A stretch of 64,000 nucleotides of DNA from Callorhinchus milii. Its lineage: Eukaryota. The stretch is taken from contig NW_024704745.1 in the NCBI RefSeq assembly GCF_018977255.1, forward strand, positions 13,392,001 to 13,456,000, written 5' to 3'. Of this stretch, positions 11,669 through 24,064 are shown piece after piece. Both the position numbers and the translations under genes were made by a program. Numbering within the stretch: the stretch's first letter is position 1; the number at the start of each line of letters is the position of its first letter. The notes below the pieces were generated by a model. That model saw only the letters and a list, made by a program, of their open reading frames with translations, had not been told where the DNA came from and ran no database searches.

Positions 11669-11898
11669 TCAACGGGCAGCTGGCAGTGGAAATATGTCAG
11701 GCCCCCAAAGAGAATCATGGGCAAACAAAGGGCCTACTTACCAAGACCTCTACACTCAGAATGTTATCATCAATGTGGAGGAGCATGATGTTCAGAACAA
11801 AATGGCGCCTGATGAGAAGCCAACTAAGGAGAGGCCAATCTGGATGAGGGAGAGCACTGTCCGGGGAGGCTTTGCAGAAGTGGAAGAAGTCCAGGATG
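11669..11898 (+). CDS. GTF2E1: TFIIE alpha internal coding exon, 230 nt, phase 2 to phase 1
   Basis: Acceptor tttttttttgatag, donor G|gtgaga. Encodes QRAAGSGNMSGPQRESWANKGPTYQDLYTQNVIINVEE...KERPIWMRESTV, matching the TFIIE alpha motifs WAxKGPxYxDLYTQNV and KERPIWxREST. Phase is compatible with both neighbouring exons. Confidence 0.95.
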
Positions 11899-12029
11899 GT
11901 GAGATGAGTTTTCTGTTTGTTGGGCTATGAAGTTAAGAAAACGTATATAATAACCTTCCACTGGTTTTGCCTTCAGTGACCTGTCGATAGCCCTAACTCC
12001 AATGTCAGAATAGACTCTAAATGGGGAAG

Positions 12030-12245
12030 CATAATTAGGGGTAGATGAGCAAAGGAATTTGAGCATCAAAGTGCCTAAGTTGTTAACATTTAGTTTTCAA
12101 GGGCAGAAGGCAATTAGTAATGCTCATGGGTTCCTGGGCTTCTTAACAAGAGGACGAGAATATAAAAACAACAAGATCTGTTGTAATTATATTGAGTACT
12201 GCATTGATTTCATTTGGAAAGTTGTGTTCATTTTTCAGCACCAGA
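12030..12245 (+). mobile_element. Degenerate CR1 ORF2 fragment, apparently interrupted by a later L2 insertion
   Basis: KAISNAHGFLGFLTRGREYKN resembles KA..MLGFI.RG.EYKS; followed by a LE.CV.FW.P-like segment. Confidence 0.65.
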
Positions 12246-12266
12246 TTGGCCTTAATCATTGGATTC

Positions 12267-12875
12267 CAACAACAAAATTGCATTTGTATAGCGCCTTTCA
12301 CATCAGGAGGACGTCCCAAGGCACTGATCAATCGGTGTTTCTGACCAGCTGGGGATCGGGAAGGGTGGGAGGGCAGGGGGTGAAGAAAGGTGACCGAAGG
12401 CACGGTTAAAGAGGAGGGTCTTGAGATGGGTCTTGAAGGAGGCAAGGGAGGGGGCGAGGGAGTGCGGGTCGAGTTCCAGAGGGTGGGGGCAGAGTGGCAG
12501 AAGGCCTGCCCACCAATTGTGGGGAGGACAAGGCGGGGGACTTAAAACAGCCAGTGCCCACTGAGTGGACGGAGCGGGCAGGTTGGTTGGGGGTTAGTTG
12601 GTCGCAGAGATAGGGGGGAACAGGGCTATGGAGACCTTTGAAGGTGAGGACCAGGATCTTGAACTGTATCTTCTGTGTGATGAGAAGCCAGTGTAGTTGG
12701 GTGAAGATGGGAGTGATAGAGTCACGGAGCCTGACACTAGAGAGGACATGGGCTGCAGAGTTATGGATGATCTGCAGCCTATGGAGGGGGAAGGCAGAGT
12801 GCGACATGGGAAGGATGTGGGGTAGAAAGGATAGTTGAGATAATTGAGTTGGGATACCAAGGTTCCAGGCTGGCT
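12267..12875 (-). mobile_element. L2-clade LINE 3' fragment with an internal deletion
   Basis: Minus ORF LQIIHNSAAHVL...LHWLLITQKIQFKILVLTFKGLH; tail at 12267-12325. Confidence 0.92.
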
Positions 12876-12997
12876 TAATAAGGTGGAGCGCGCATGGCCA
12901 TAATCATTCTATTTCTCCTGTATTCAATTCCTGTATGAATAAATAAAACTTTTTTTAAAAACTAAATATTATTATTTCCCTGATGCATTCTTAATAG

Positions 12998-13407
12998 ATG
13001 CTACAGATGTTGACCCATACCAAGATCATGAGGGGAAAGGCAACCCAATTGAAGCAAATGAGGAAGTCATGCAAACATTGCTCATCCACGAAAAGAAGAG
13101 CACATCTGCAGCTGTGGCTGCAGCTGCTGCAATCCCAACATCAAACGCCAGCGACTCTGAGAGTGACACCAGTGAATCAGAGGATGAGTCGCCTCGACCA
13201 TTCTCATTCCCAGAGATAGCACCAGCAGCAGATGAAGATGATGAGTTTGAAGAGGTGGAGGATGAGCCAACTGTATTGGTAGCAGGCCAGCCATATTCAT
13301 ATAGCCAAGTTAGTCAGCGGCCGGAGCTGGTGACACAAATGACTGCAGAAGAGAAGGAAGCATATATTGATATGGGGCAGAGAATGTTCCAGGATATGTA
13401 TGACTGA
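12998..13407 (+). CDS. GTF2E1: TFIIE alpha last coding exon with acidic C-terminal domain and stop codon
   Basis: Acceptor cattcttaatag. Encodes [14 protein letters not shown]...[15 protein letters not shown]...[56 protein letters not shown] then TGA, the recognisable TFIIE alpha C-terminus. Confidence 0.97.
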
Positions 13408-13702
13408 TCTGCCACATCACAGGATACTTTTAAAGTCCTTGCTGTATATCCTGCAATTTTATTACTCAGTGTTTCCACAATTTCAGTTGTATATGCCAAG
13501 GTATTAAGACAGCATTCCATTCTCAACAAAAATACAAGATGAATTTGAACGATATTTCAATCAAAGTATTAGTTTTTAAAAGGTTTAAAATGATTAAGTG
13601 CCCAATATCTAAACTTGTTAGGCATCTTACAGGAATTTTCATGTATATTCTTCCCTTGGAATTCTACTTATCCTCGTAGATAATGAGAATTCTATAACTA
13701 AC

Positions 13703-14020
13703 AATAATAATAATAATCCTTGCATTTGATATAGCGCTTTTCACATCTTCTAGATGTCTCAAAGCGCTTCACAGAATAGACTGTAAAGTGAATTGACTAT
13801 ATATTTGTAGGTGAGATGCGGCAGCCAAGTGCGCACAGCAGTGTCCCACAAACAGTCGTGGATTGAAATGACCAATTTATTATTGTTTTGTTTTTTGGAG
13901 GGATTATTATCAGGTGTGTGGAGTAAGGAAACTTGCCCAAGGTTTCACCCTGCTGGGAATCAAACCCAGGTCTCTCTCTTGCAAAGTGAGCGCTCTAACC
14001 ATTGAGCTACAGGACTCCAC
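13703..14020 (-). mobile_element. Family A SINE, full length, antisense, about 300 nt after the GTF2E1 stop codon
   Basis: (taa)n-tccttgcatttgatatagcgc...ctctaaccattgagctacaggactccac. Confidence 0.93.
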
Positions 14021-14477
14021 AATAGATCTGTCTGAGTCAATGGTGCTTCTTGTTTAGTCAGTGAGAAATATTTCAAGTGGCTTCTGCCATTCAAAAAAAA
14101 ACTCACTCCAATCTGGTTGTCTATCAGGTACCTGGTTAAGCACCAATAGCATTTTCCTAACATTTCAAATGATGGGTAGACCTGCCTCAGCCTTATGTTT
14201 GGGAGGCAGAACTTTAGCTCACTTGAGCACTATCCAACACACAATATTTGTATGTTGACATGACATATTTATTTTCTGTTTTAACCAAATTATTCTAGTC
14301 CTTGAAATAAGCATGTTTGAAATCAGAGTGCTTGCAAGCCCTGGGTCATTCATATCAGTTCAAAGAGCAGCCAATTAAGCAGCTATTCAGAAATACATCA
14401 CTTATGAAAATATTTTTTAAAAACTGATCACATGAAAACTGATTTATCAAGATAAAACTCTTGAATATTTTATTTGA

Positions 14478-14483
14478 AATAAA
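14478..14483 (+). promoter_or_regulatory. Candidate proximal polyadenylation signal of GTF2E1
   Basis: First canonical AATAAA I found after the stop codon; AT-rich context makes a chance match possible. Confidence 0.35.
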
Positions 14484-16481
14484 AATATTTTAAATGGTAT
14501 TTGGTATAGAGCACTGCAGTTTTAAAACAGAGTTGGGAAAGTGCCAAACCACAGTGAGCCCTCTCATTGTCAGTATCATTGTCTTCAACATCATGGGTGG
14601 AACTGTATGTATTGTCCTCACCTAGAGTCTGCCTGCAGGACAATGGTAAAAGTGTTTAAGTGGTTCAGTTCCTTATTTTTATTGTTCCCAGCATCTGATT
14701 TTTGAAAAAAATATTTTAAACAGTCGACACTATTTGGGGTTTCTTTACTGTAGGTTCAATGTATCGGTTGTTACAGAAAGATATAAGTACACGGTCTAAG
14801 TTTGTGTTTGCTCTCTCATGATCTCGCTCAGACTAGTTAAACTGACGTCATACTTTGTGCTACTTTGGCCATTTTATTGGACAGTCCCTTTCTGATTATC
14901 CGGTTTGATAGTCAGAATCAAACTGCAAGACATCCACTCTCAGGTTCATGCAGCTTATTAAAAATAACGGAAGTGTCTTAATTACTTTGCCAGTAGCTTT
15001 GACAGAACATATCTATGTAGAGGTTTGAACACAATATTTTGATGGCAGCGTCCACAATCAAAACAAAAACATGAAATGTACTTTCTTAATGTCAAGAATC
15101 CAAGATAATAATTTTATTTTATTCCACTTCATTTTATAAAACTATAGCATTAGGCATATACAATTTATGGAAAAGTTTTTTTTAATTGTAGGTAAACAGA
15201 CAAGTATCGAAAAACTGTTTTATGTTAATCATGAGAAGAGCTTTCTGACAACAGGAATGTTGTGCATCTTAAAGAGTGTAATTGTATCATGAAGCAATAT
15301 GGTTGTATTGCCTGCTTTACCTGTGCTTGTGTATATGACTATAGAATAGTGGATATCAAACAGTAGTTATGTAAGAATGCAATATAATTGAGGGACTTCA
15401 GGTTACATTGTAAATTGGGAATACAAAAGTTATCTGATAATAGGATACTCTATCCTTTGAACTCACTCCCTGCTACCTGTTTAAATCTTCTACGTGATTT
15501 CTTTTGTATATTGCTAGAGGTCAGGGCATTCTGAGTTTTAATTATTTTTAGGGCAGTTGGCAGTGTATTTTATATCTGGTACAAGACAGGATGATGAGTT
15601 TTCTGAGAAATTGCCTGCAGTTAATTCCAGGGAAATACAGAATCCTTTCATGTAGACTACACTGATGCAATAAACCATAATGTCGCTTTATCCTTGCATG
15701 AAGGGACCTCTGTAATGCACTATTATGGTGCAATATTATTTATTTTATGGGTGTTTTATTTTTAAAAGATCTTGAATAATGAAATTCAGTTAAATGGTTC
15801 TGTTCTCATTAAAAATCAATAATATACAATATATGTTTATACACATATATATGTTTGAGATGCTGGGAAAAATACCTCTCCGTTTATCCACTTGCCAATA
15901 TCTATTAAAGCAATTCTATAATCCTCCTTCGCCTTTCACACACCTTGTGAACATCCTTTTTTGTATAGATCTCAAATCTGGCATTACAGAGAGATGTTGC
16001 GTTATATTTTTATTTAATTGTCCTCAAAGGTTGTGAAGTTATTTACCGTTATAGATGTATGTGTCCAATAGAACAGAAAAGTTGTTCACTCAGGGTTTCA
16101 TATCTCATCTTGGCTTTCTTTTACAGAGATGATTCCTTCCATCATATGTTTTCTCTGTAATCAACTTATCATGGAACCATAGTAATAGGGAAAAAATATT
16201 TAAAGATTCAAGCAGGAAATGGAGCCCTGGGCATGGCTCTGCAAAACCTGCCTATCCTATGTTGAAAGACCATTGTAACAATAGGTTCAGACACATACTA
16301 ATACCTTGATTCAGTTTAACAGGCTCATTATAATTGCAATTGGCCCTATCTTATCTAAAATTTAAGTGGATTGTGTCCTGTAGAAGAAATACACCTTATA
16401 AAATCCAAATCAGCATATTTTGCTTTTATTGTGTTTTTTTGTTTCAAGAAAAATTCAAACTTTTAATTGCCTAAATTTTCA

Positions 16482-16487
16482 AATAAA
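16482..16487 (+). promoter_or_regulatory. Candidate distal polyadenylation signal of GTF2E1
   Basis: AATAAA preceded by U-rich sequence and followed by CA and a GT-rich tract (tgattgtgtctgt). Confidence 0.35.
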
Positions 16488-16848
16488 AACTTTTTGCCAA
16501 TGCACTGATTGTGTCTGTAAATATTTTGGGTGATAGAATTGCTTTGTTGATTAATTTGTCTTATGTGAGCCGGGAGGTGAGGTAGATTTTGGTAGAGGAG
16601 AAATTGTATGTTCTCCCAGCTGTACATGGATTGGCTTCCACAATAGTACATATTACGGCACAGATTTACAAAGTTACTTCTGACAATATTGGGTCTAGTT
16701 TGTGGTACTGTATTTATTAACTTTATAAGAAACTATACTCAAACACTCCTTCCTGTAACCGGAACTATATCATGCCGACCTGCAGAAAATGATCTTGGGG
16801 CCAATCTATTTCCAGAGTGGAACGGGTTAATGATGGTGTTGGGAATTC

Positions 16849-17590
16849 AACAACAACAACAAAATGGCATTTGTATGGAGGATGTCCCAAGGCGCTAGAC
16901 AGACAGAGTTACACACCCGAGTTGAGGGTCGGGGAGGGTGGAGGGCAGGGGGTGGAAGCAAGGAGATAGAAAGCACGGTCAAAGAGGAGGGTCTTGAGAT
17001 GGGTCTTGAAGGTGATGAGGGAGGGGGCGAGATGGAGGGACTGCGGGATGGAGTTCTGGAGGGTGGGTGCAGAGTGGAGGAAGGCCCACCTGCTGATAGT
17101 GGGGTGAGCGAGGCGGGGGACATGAAACAGGCCGGAGGCTGCTGAGCGGAGGGAGCAAACAGGCTGGAAGGGGGTTAGGAGGTCGGAGAGGTAGGGGGGA
17201 GCAAGACCGTGGAGGGTTTTGAAGGTGAGGACCAGGATCTTGGAACTGTATCCTCTGTGTGATGGGAATCCAGTCGAGTTGGGAAAGGATGGGGATGATC
17301 GGGTTGCGGGCCTGGTGCGGGAGAGGACACGGGCTGCAGAGTTCTGGATGATCTGCCGCCTGTGGAGGGAGGGGTTGGGGAGGCCGACAAACAATGAGTT
17401 TGCATAGCTGAGCCTCGATGTAAAGAAGGCGTGTATGAGGGATTCGGCGGCCTGTGTTGTGAGACAGTGGCGGAGCCAGGGAACATTGCAGAGGTGGGGG
17501 AAGGCAGAGTGGGTCATGGCTCAGATGTGGGGTAGAAAGGATAGTTGAGGATTATACAAAACCCCAAGATTCCGGACTGGCTCAGGTGAG
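16849..17590 (-). mobile_element. L2-clade LINE 3' fragment
   Basis: Minus ORF 16909-17517: ESLIHAFFTSRLSYANSLFVGLP...QIIQNSAARVLSRT...KILVLTFKTLHGLAPPYLSDLL. Confidence 0.94.
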
Positions 17591-18842
17591 GAGGCGCTGA
17601 CGGGAGCCAATTAGGAGACCTCGGTCTTGTTAACAACTGTTGAAAAGTAAGCATCGGATGTATTAAGACCCATAGACTAATTCTAGATATTTACTTATAT
17701 AATAAATAAAGATTGTTAAAAATGCACGAACACTAAATAACCGGGAATGTTTTAAAATTTAGTTACAAGAAAATAAAGTGACTTATGATAACATTATTGA
17801 CTTTCCCAACAGGACACTGCCTTGGATGGCTAGTATGACGTTCAGTTCAGTAGGTTTCTCTCACTCTCATTTTCATTTTTAATTTCTATTAAGACTTAAT
17901 AATGAATTTCTTCCTTCTAATTAAAAGCTGTTATACCAGTTGCTCTGAAAATATAAGTAAACTGCTGCTTGTAAAAACGATATATTAACACTATTCCCAG
18001 TCAAGGAGGAGTCGCTGTGATCGAATGAGTAACTCAAATCACAAAATAATAAGAAATGTTATGAGGAACAGCCTTTGCTCTCAGCAGCCCTTTTTTTAGG
18101 CCTATCTTGAACATTTTTGAGAACTGAGTTTGGACATTGCATGTCATTTTTGTCAATTCAAGTGTTAAATTGTAAATGCTAAACACAGTGAATGATGTAC
18201 ACAATTAACCTCAATAAATGTTCAGCAATCAACAGAACTACAAATCCAAATGCTGAATTATAATGAGCAAATCAGAGTGACAAGTACATTATTTGTTAAA
18301 GGGAATCAACTACTTACTAAAGATCCAAGGAAAGGAAATTGGAGAAAAGGAAATTGAATAATAGCTTGTAAAATGTAATCAAGTTGCAAGCAACGTAGAA
18401 ACACACCCTGCTTGAATGGATGAATAAGGCCAAATACCATTTTTTATTTACAGTAAGTAAATGATGGAATTATGGTACTAAGAGACGATAGACAGGAGAG
18501 TTTAATTGGTGATAACGAAGATGATTTAATTTTCATTAGCTTGCTGTATTCAAATTTATACAAATTGGTGCCAGAAAGAAAGAAATATTAAAGTCAGTAT
18601 GCTTTCTGCTGCAGTCGACTGACCAGTGTATGCTACATTTCAAAGGTAGAATTTCAAATCCCAGCTCAGAGCTGATCCTGAAAAACAGAGTAACTATAGC
18701 AATACTGTATAAGTTTTTAAAAATGTCAATCCATTAACTTTTACACAGAAAACTCCTGAAGCCTCTTACCCTTTTTTTAAAAAGCTTTTCTTAAATCCAA
18801 GTTTTCTTTGTTAGGAAGCCAGTTTACTGAAGATGTGAATAA

Positions 18843-19155
18843 TATAATAATAATAAAATAATAATAATCCTTGAATTTGATATAGCTCCTTATCACATCT
18901 TCGAGACATCTCAAAGCGCTTCACAGAATATACTGTAAAGTGAATTTACTGTATATTTTGTGGGTGAAACGTGGCAGCCAATTGCGCACACAATGTCCCA
19001 CAAACAGTCATGGATTGAGTAACCAATTTTTTTTTAAGGAATTATTACCCCCAGAAAAGCAATTCGCCAATTGACTTAACAACCGGGTTCCTATTTACTG
19101 CTCGGTAAACAGAGGAGTGTGGAGTAAGGTAACTTGCCCAACATTTCACCCTGGC
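18843..19155 (-). mobile_element. Family A SINE, long form, head missing
   Basis: Tail and core plus the extra block ccgggttcctatttactgctcggtaaacagagg. Confidence 0.88.
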
Positions 19156-19489
19156 ATATCTATGGGAACTTAGAAATCAGACTTACATATATGTGTATGG
19201 TATATTTTTGTTTAGTATGATGGAAGATTTAGTTATGCTTTCCTGAGGGACTGCGTGCACGACAGTGCAGTTGTCTGTCCCTATCCAGGTTTTCTGCGAC
19301 AGAACCTAAGAGGCAGATGCTGGCCTTTTATCAAGCACACAGCTGGCACCTTCATCTTAACTCACCCCATCGCATCTCAAAACAACTGAAAATGTTTATA
19401 GCACAATTCCCTAAGGTAGTTGCAGATGGCCAGCAACACATAAAGTTTGTTTATTATTTTTATCCTTCCTCACATTTGGTCCCTGAGCA

Positions 19490-19725
19490 AGACCGCTATT
19501 CTTCACCTCTGCTGCATCGTCTGCATCTGCCCCTATCTCACATCAAGTGCCGCTAAAATCTCATTCATGCCTCTCCACCTAAAAATCTATCTCTTTGACC
19601 ATGCCTATGGGTACCTCCTTCTTCCAACCCCACCACCACCGCTTCCCCCTTGCTTGGCATCCAACCCCAATTTTGTGAAGCAAGTTGAGACATCCTACTA
19701 GAAGGGCACTATATAAATGCACATT
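19490..19725 (+). mobile_element. Degenerate, internally deleted L2 fragment
   Basis: gccgctaaaatctcattcatgcc joined to cacctaaaaatctatctctttgaccatgcctat; tail gaagggcactatataaatgc. Confidence 0.6.
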
Positions 19726-20734
19726 GTGTCAAAATATGTGGCATTTTTAACCAAACATCACTAGTACAGGTGTTTGTTACAGGTGACAATAGTTAACACA
19801 AACTGGGTTTTTAATTTCAAGCTATTAAATTCCATTGTAAAGTTGCACGGACTAAACAGGAAGCCGTGTTCATATCCACTTTCAATCAATATACAACATT
19901 GATATATATTCTGCGTATGACTGAGCTTGAAAACTGGAAACCATATTGAAAAATCCCTAAATGGAAGAATTATTCATCCTACTACGAATAATTTTAGCAA
20001 AATTATTGTTTTTAAATCCCGTAAGATTTGAGTGTTATGTGTCTGGAATGCTTCACAGCAGAAATATTTTTTTTCCTGTGGGGATTTCGCCATCTGTGTC
20101 TGATATTTTGTAAATAACTTACTGCAGACTGCTCAATAGACCACTAGTTTATTAGAAATTGTTTGTTACCCGCTCAGAAATGACCTTCATTCCTCTGCTC
20201 CGTCACATCTATTTTGAAATTTAATATATTTTACGCATTTTTATTTTTCAAGGGTGTTGTATAAGCTAGAGAAACAATTATTGATGACACTACTGACATG
20301 AAACAATGTATAACATTAGGACCTAAGCCTTACTGACAAAAGGATGAAACTGTAACACTATTGATTTCTGATTATTTCTCCTTTAAGATTTTGTAATGTT
20401 TTTGTGTTTGTTTTGGATTTGCAAATCACAGCCTTCTAACTGACTTGACTAACAATCGGTAAAGAAACTGATAATGTTAACTGCTGGTCACACAAAAGTA
20501 GGAGTGATCTAAGATAGTTGAGACAATTTAAGTACTATTTTCATGAAGAGATTATGCTCAGACTTAGGTCACAACATTAACAGAACAAAAAACCACAGAG
20601 AATGTATACTAGTCCCAATCCCTCAGAAGTAACTTCTGTTTCAACAGCTTCTCAAAGGAGGCAGTCGATGCCCTCCTGTAGTAACGGGATTGTTATTGAT
20701 ATTGAGAGAGAATAAAGTCCGAGGTCTGAGGAGA

Positions 20735-20918
20735 ATTGTATAGTGCCTTTCACATCAGGAGGATGTCCCAAAGCATTGGACAATCAGTGTTTCAGACCCG
20801 AGCTGGGGGTCGGGAACAGAGAGGGTGGAGACGGGGGTGGGGGGGGGGAGGGAGGAGGATGAGCGAAGGCATGGTCGAAGAGGAGGGTCTTGAGATGAGT
20901 CTTGAAGGAGGCAAGGCA
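20735..20918 (-). mobile_element. L2 3' end fragment
   Basis: tgtatagtgcctttcacatcaggaggatgtcccaa...gagggtcttgagatgagtcttgaaggaggcaagg. Confidence 0.85.
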
Positions 20919-21404
20919 GTAACAAATTTAATACGCAAGCAATAAAATACCTCTTTCAAATCAATGTTATAAGGTCTATACAATTCACAAAATATTAGTG
21001 TAGATCAACTAATATTGAAACTTAATAGTATATTTTAATGATGAAGAAAAAGAAACCAGTACAGTGCTATATCGAGCTGGAAACAAAAGCCCAATTATAG
21101 AATTTACGCTAAAGGTGATATTTTGTTGAATACGTTTTCCTGTAGTGTATTCAAGGTAAAATGGATTCAAGAGCTAGAGGGTTAATGAATACTTCAAGAT
21201 CCAGTAACAACACAGTAGAGGATTTGGCATCTAAGGCTCCCAGAAATCTTTTCAATCTTCTGAAGCATAAATCTCTGTGTGAAAGTCGTTGGGAAGATTC
21301 CCATCAGCAAATGGTGGTTGGAGCTACAGGACCTAAGGGCAAAATCAGGGAAATTAAATTGTCAGAAGGTGTCAGTGCCCTAATGGAGCATGAAAAGTTA
21401 GACA

Positions 21405-21590
21405 GCTCAAACATAAAAGGGAGCACTGTCAACAGGGGAGTTTAGAAAACGTTTTTTTTAATGTGAGGTTTGTTACAATATCAATTTATCTACCACAGCA
21501 TTTAAAAGGCAATTGGATAAATATTTGAGTAAAAATATTAAAGGGCTTGGGGAAAGATCAGGGAATGGGATTTCATTCGTAGCTCAGCAG
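21405..21590 (+). mobile_element. Degenerate CR1 3' fragment
   Basis: ggggagtttagaaaacgttttttt...tttaaaaggcaattggataaatatttg...aagggcttggggaaagatcaggga. Confidence 0.55.
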
Positions 21591-21841
21591 GCTCCACATC
21601 CCCTGTCGGACCCTCAGCTTCTCTGCCCCCACCCTTTGGAACTCCATCCATCTTGCTCCCTCCCTTACCTCCTTCAAAGCACGTCTCAAGACCTTCCTCT
21701 TCAATCGTGCATTTGGCCACCCTCCTACCCCTACCCTCCCTGCCCTCCACCCACTTCTCGGGTCCAAATCCCTGACTGTCCAGCACCCTGGGACATCCTC
21801 CCGACCTGAAAGGCGCTATACAAAATGTAATTTGTTGTTGG
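21590..21841 (+). mobile_element. L2 3' end fragment
   Basis: ctctgccccca...tggaactccatcc...tgggacatcctcccgacctgaaaggcgctatacaa...ttgttgttg. Confidence 0.85.
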
Positions 21842-22351
21842 TGAGTGGATAGCTCCAGCAACTACACAATGGGTTTTTAAATTCCTTCTGCTCGAGTTCC
21901 AATTGTTCTCGATCAGTAATGTATTTGTTCCAAATGAATAACTTTTTGAAGGTTTCGTGCACATAAGATTAAATGTACCAGTTGTATTTTCTTAAATAAT
22001 ACTGTATATTTCAGACCTCCCCGCGCACGCAATTTATTTATATATGCAGATCCAACAGAAAATTGCAGAAATATTTGCCAAAAATTGTGGTGGGGTTGGG
22101 GAGTGGGGTAGGGGAGACACACCAGCTCAGGCTAGAGATCCGCCAAAAAACACTCAGTACCAGTGGCTACAGGAGCTCCCCACCTCCTGCCTCTCAGGGC
22201 CAGGCACCACATGTGTGTCCAGAGCCACTCTGCCCACAGTCACGTCGGGTAAACAGCGCGAGAGGCCATGGGCCAGAACATACATTGTTTAGCGGGTTTG
22301 TAGCGGAGGGCGTTGTTTATAGCAGATTCCGCGGGGGGGCGGGGGGGGGGT

Positions 22352-22481
22352 GTGCAATTGGCTGCCGCATTTTGCCCACAAAATACAGTCAATTCACTTT
22401 ACAGTATATATTCTGTGAAGCGCTTTGAGATGTCTCGAAGTTGTGATAAGGCGCTCTATCAAATGCAAGGATTATTATTAT
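22352..22481 (+). mobile_element. Family A SINE 3' fragment
   Basis: gtgcaattggctgccgc...aaatgcaaggattattatta. Confidence 0.85.
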
Positions 22482-22945
22482 AAATTGCAGCCGCACTTTT
22501 CTATTGGCCCAGGCGATATGTTTTGTTCACTTTACCTTCAGCTATTTGTTCATTAATAGCAGAGACAGACAACCTGCTGTCAGACCTCTGGGACTGCTGC
22601 TGTCCGGTCTGGTGAAGTGCACGAGAGCAGCCTGGGCTGACATGCCCTCTGATTGCCCTGCCTCCCTGGGGGCAAATAACTTTCCTCTCCCGTGCTTGTC
22701 CCTGACAGCCTGGCTAAGGTTGGGACCGCGCCAAGTGGGAATCATGAATGTGAACCTGGGTCCTGCCACTTCAGGATGTAGCACTTTAATAATCTAACAG
22801 ACTGCTTCACCAGCTTTTAGCACAGGTGGTTATTAACATATTTTGATATTTCATGAAGTAACAAAAAAAGAAACTAGTAGTATAATGAGTAGAAAAAGGA
22901 GTATAAAAACGTATCTAAAGCTAAGTGTAACATCTTTGATGATTA

Positions 22946-23048
22946 AATAATAATGCTTGCATTTGATATAGCACCTTATCACACCTTCGAGACGTCTCAA
23001 GGTGCTTCACAGAATATACCGCAAAGTGAATTGACTGTATATTTTGTG
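22946..23048 (-). mobile_element. Family A SINE 3' fragment
   Basis: ttgcatttgatatagcaccttatcacaccttcgagacgtctcaa...gtgaattgactgtat. Confidence 0.85.
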
Positions 23049-23279
23049 TTTTATAATATGTTTATATATATATATATGACTTGTGCTTCAAACTAAAATT
23101 TTCTGTCAGCTGCCAGTTAGCAGCAAGAGGCCCTAAATATTTTATAAATGTATGAACGGACACAGTGAAAGACCCTCCAAACAATCAGGACAGTTTCACG
23201 AAAACAAACTGGAGATCTGTCTGTCACGTACAGATTGAATGAACTCATTAGGATCCCAGAATGATCCCTGCACAGCACC

Positions 23280-23600
23280 AGACATAACAGATGTTCCAGA
23301 TTCCAATTTTGGTCTGTCCGAGGTAGAATGATATCAAAAGACAGGATAGCAGTCGAGACACAACAGTTGAGCTCAGGTCCTTTCAGTTAGGGAATCAACC
23401 ATGACTTTTTACTCCTGATAGTTATCTGGAGACCTGCTTGAAGGTGCACCACAGTGGACACGATCAGGTTCAGCTGTAATTCTCTTCCCCCAACACCTTT
23501 AGTTGAATAGCCCGCAAACATTTACTGTCAGACTCACATATAAGGAAAGCACTGTAACAGAGTAAAGGGTCAAATCGCCATCAGGAATGAAGAAACTGCA
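23280..23600 (+). repeat. Family C repeat, degenerate copy
   Basis: ctcctgatagttatctggagacctgcttgaaggt...gatcaggttcagctgt...gttgaatagcccgcaaacatttactgtc. Confidence 0.55.
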
Positions 23601-23805
23601 TGATAAGGCGCTATATCAATTGCAAGGATTATTATTATAAAGTGAAGAAAAAGAAGGAGCTGGTTTACTAGTTCTGATATTTTTGCTGGAGGGTTTGACT
23701 CTTACAGTCCTTTCTATTAACACTTCATGATTTCTGTTTGACTTTGACCTCTTTCATTCTTCAAATGAGTTGAAGTACATTTTGCATTTCTAATGAATAA
23801 GGCAG

Positions 23806-24064
23806 AGGGCGAAACCTTGGGCAAGTTTCCTTACTCCACACAGAGCCTAATAATAATCCCTCCAAAACCAAAAACAATAATAAATTGGTCATTTTCAATC
23901 CACGACTGTTTGTGGGACATTGCTGTGCGCAATTGGCTGCCGCGTTCGCCCACAAATATACAGTCAATTCACTTTACAGTGTGTTCTGTGAAGCGCTTTG
24001 GGACGTCCTCCCGACGTGAAAAGCGCTATATCAAATGCAAGGATTATTATTATTATTATTATTA
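23806..24064 (+). mobile_element. Family A SINE, young, 5'-truncated at the end of the tRNA head
   Basis: Near-identical to 1856-2101, including the diagnostic acacagagcctaataataat and gggacgtcctcccgacgtg. Confidence 0.93.

Noticed and set aside
13106-13131. Alanine run in TFIIE alpha as a novel expansion
   Set aside because: This linker is Ala-rich in other vertebrate orthologues and the codons are mixed.
14844-14851. CRE palindrome TGACGTCA (another near 10214)
   Set aside because: Isolated 8-mers with no promoter context; about this many are expected by chance in 64 kb.
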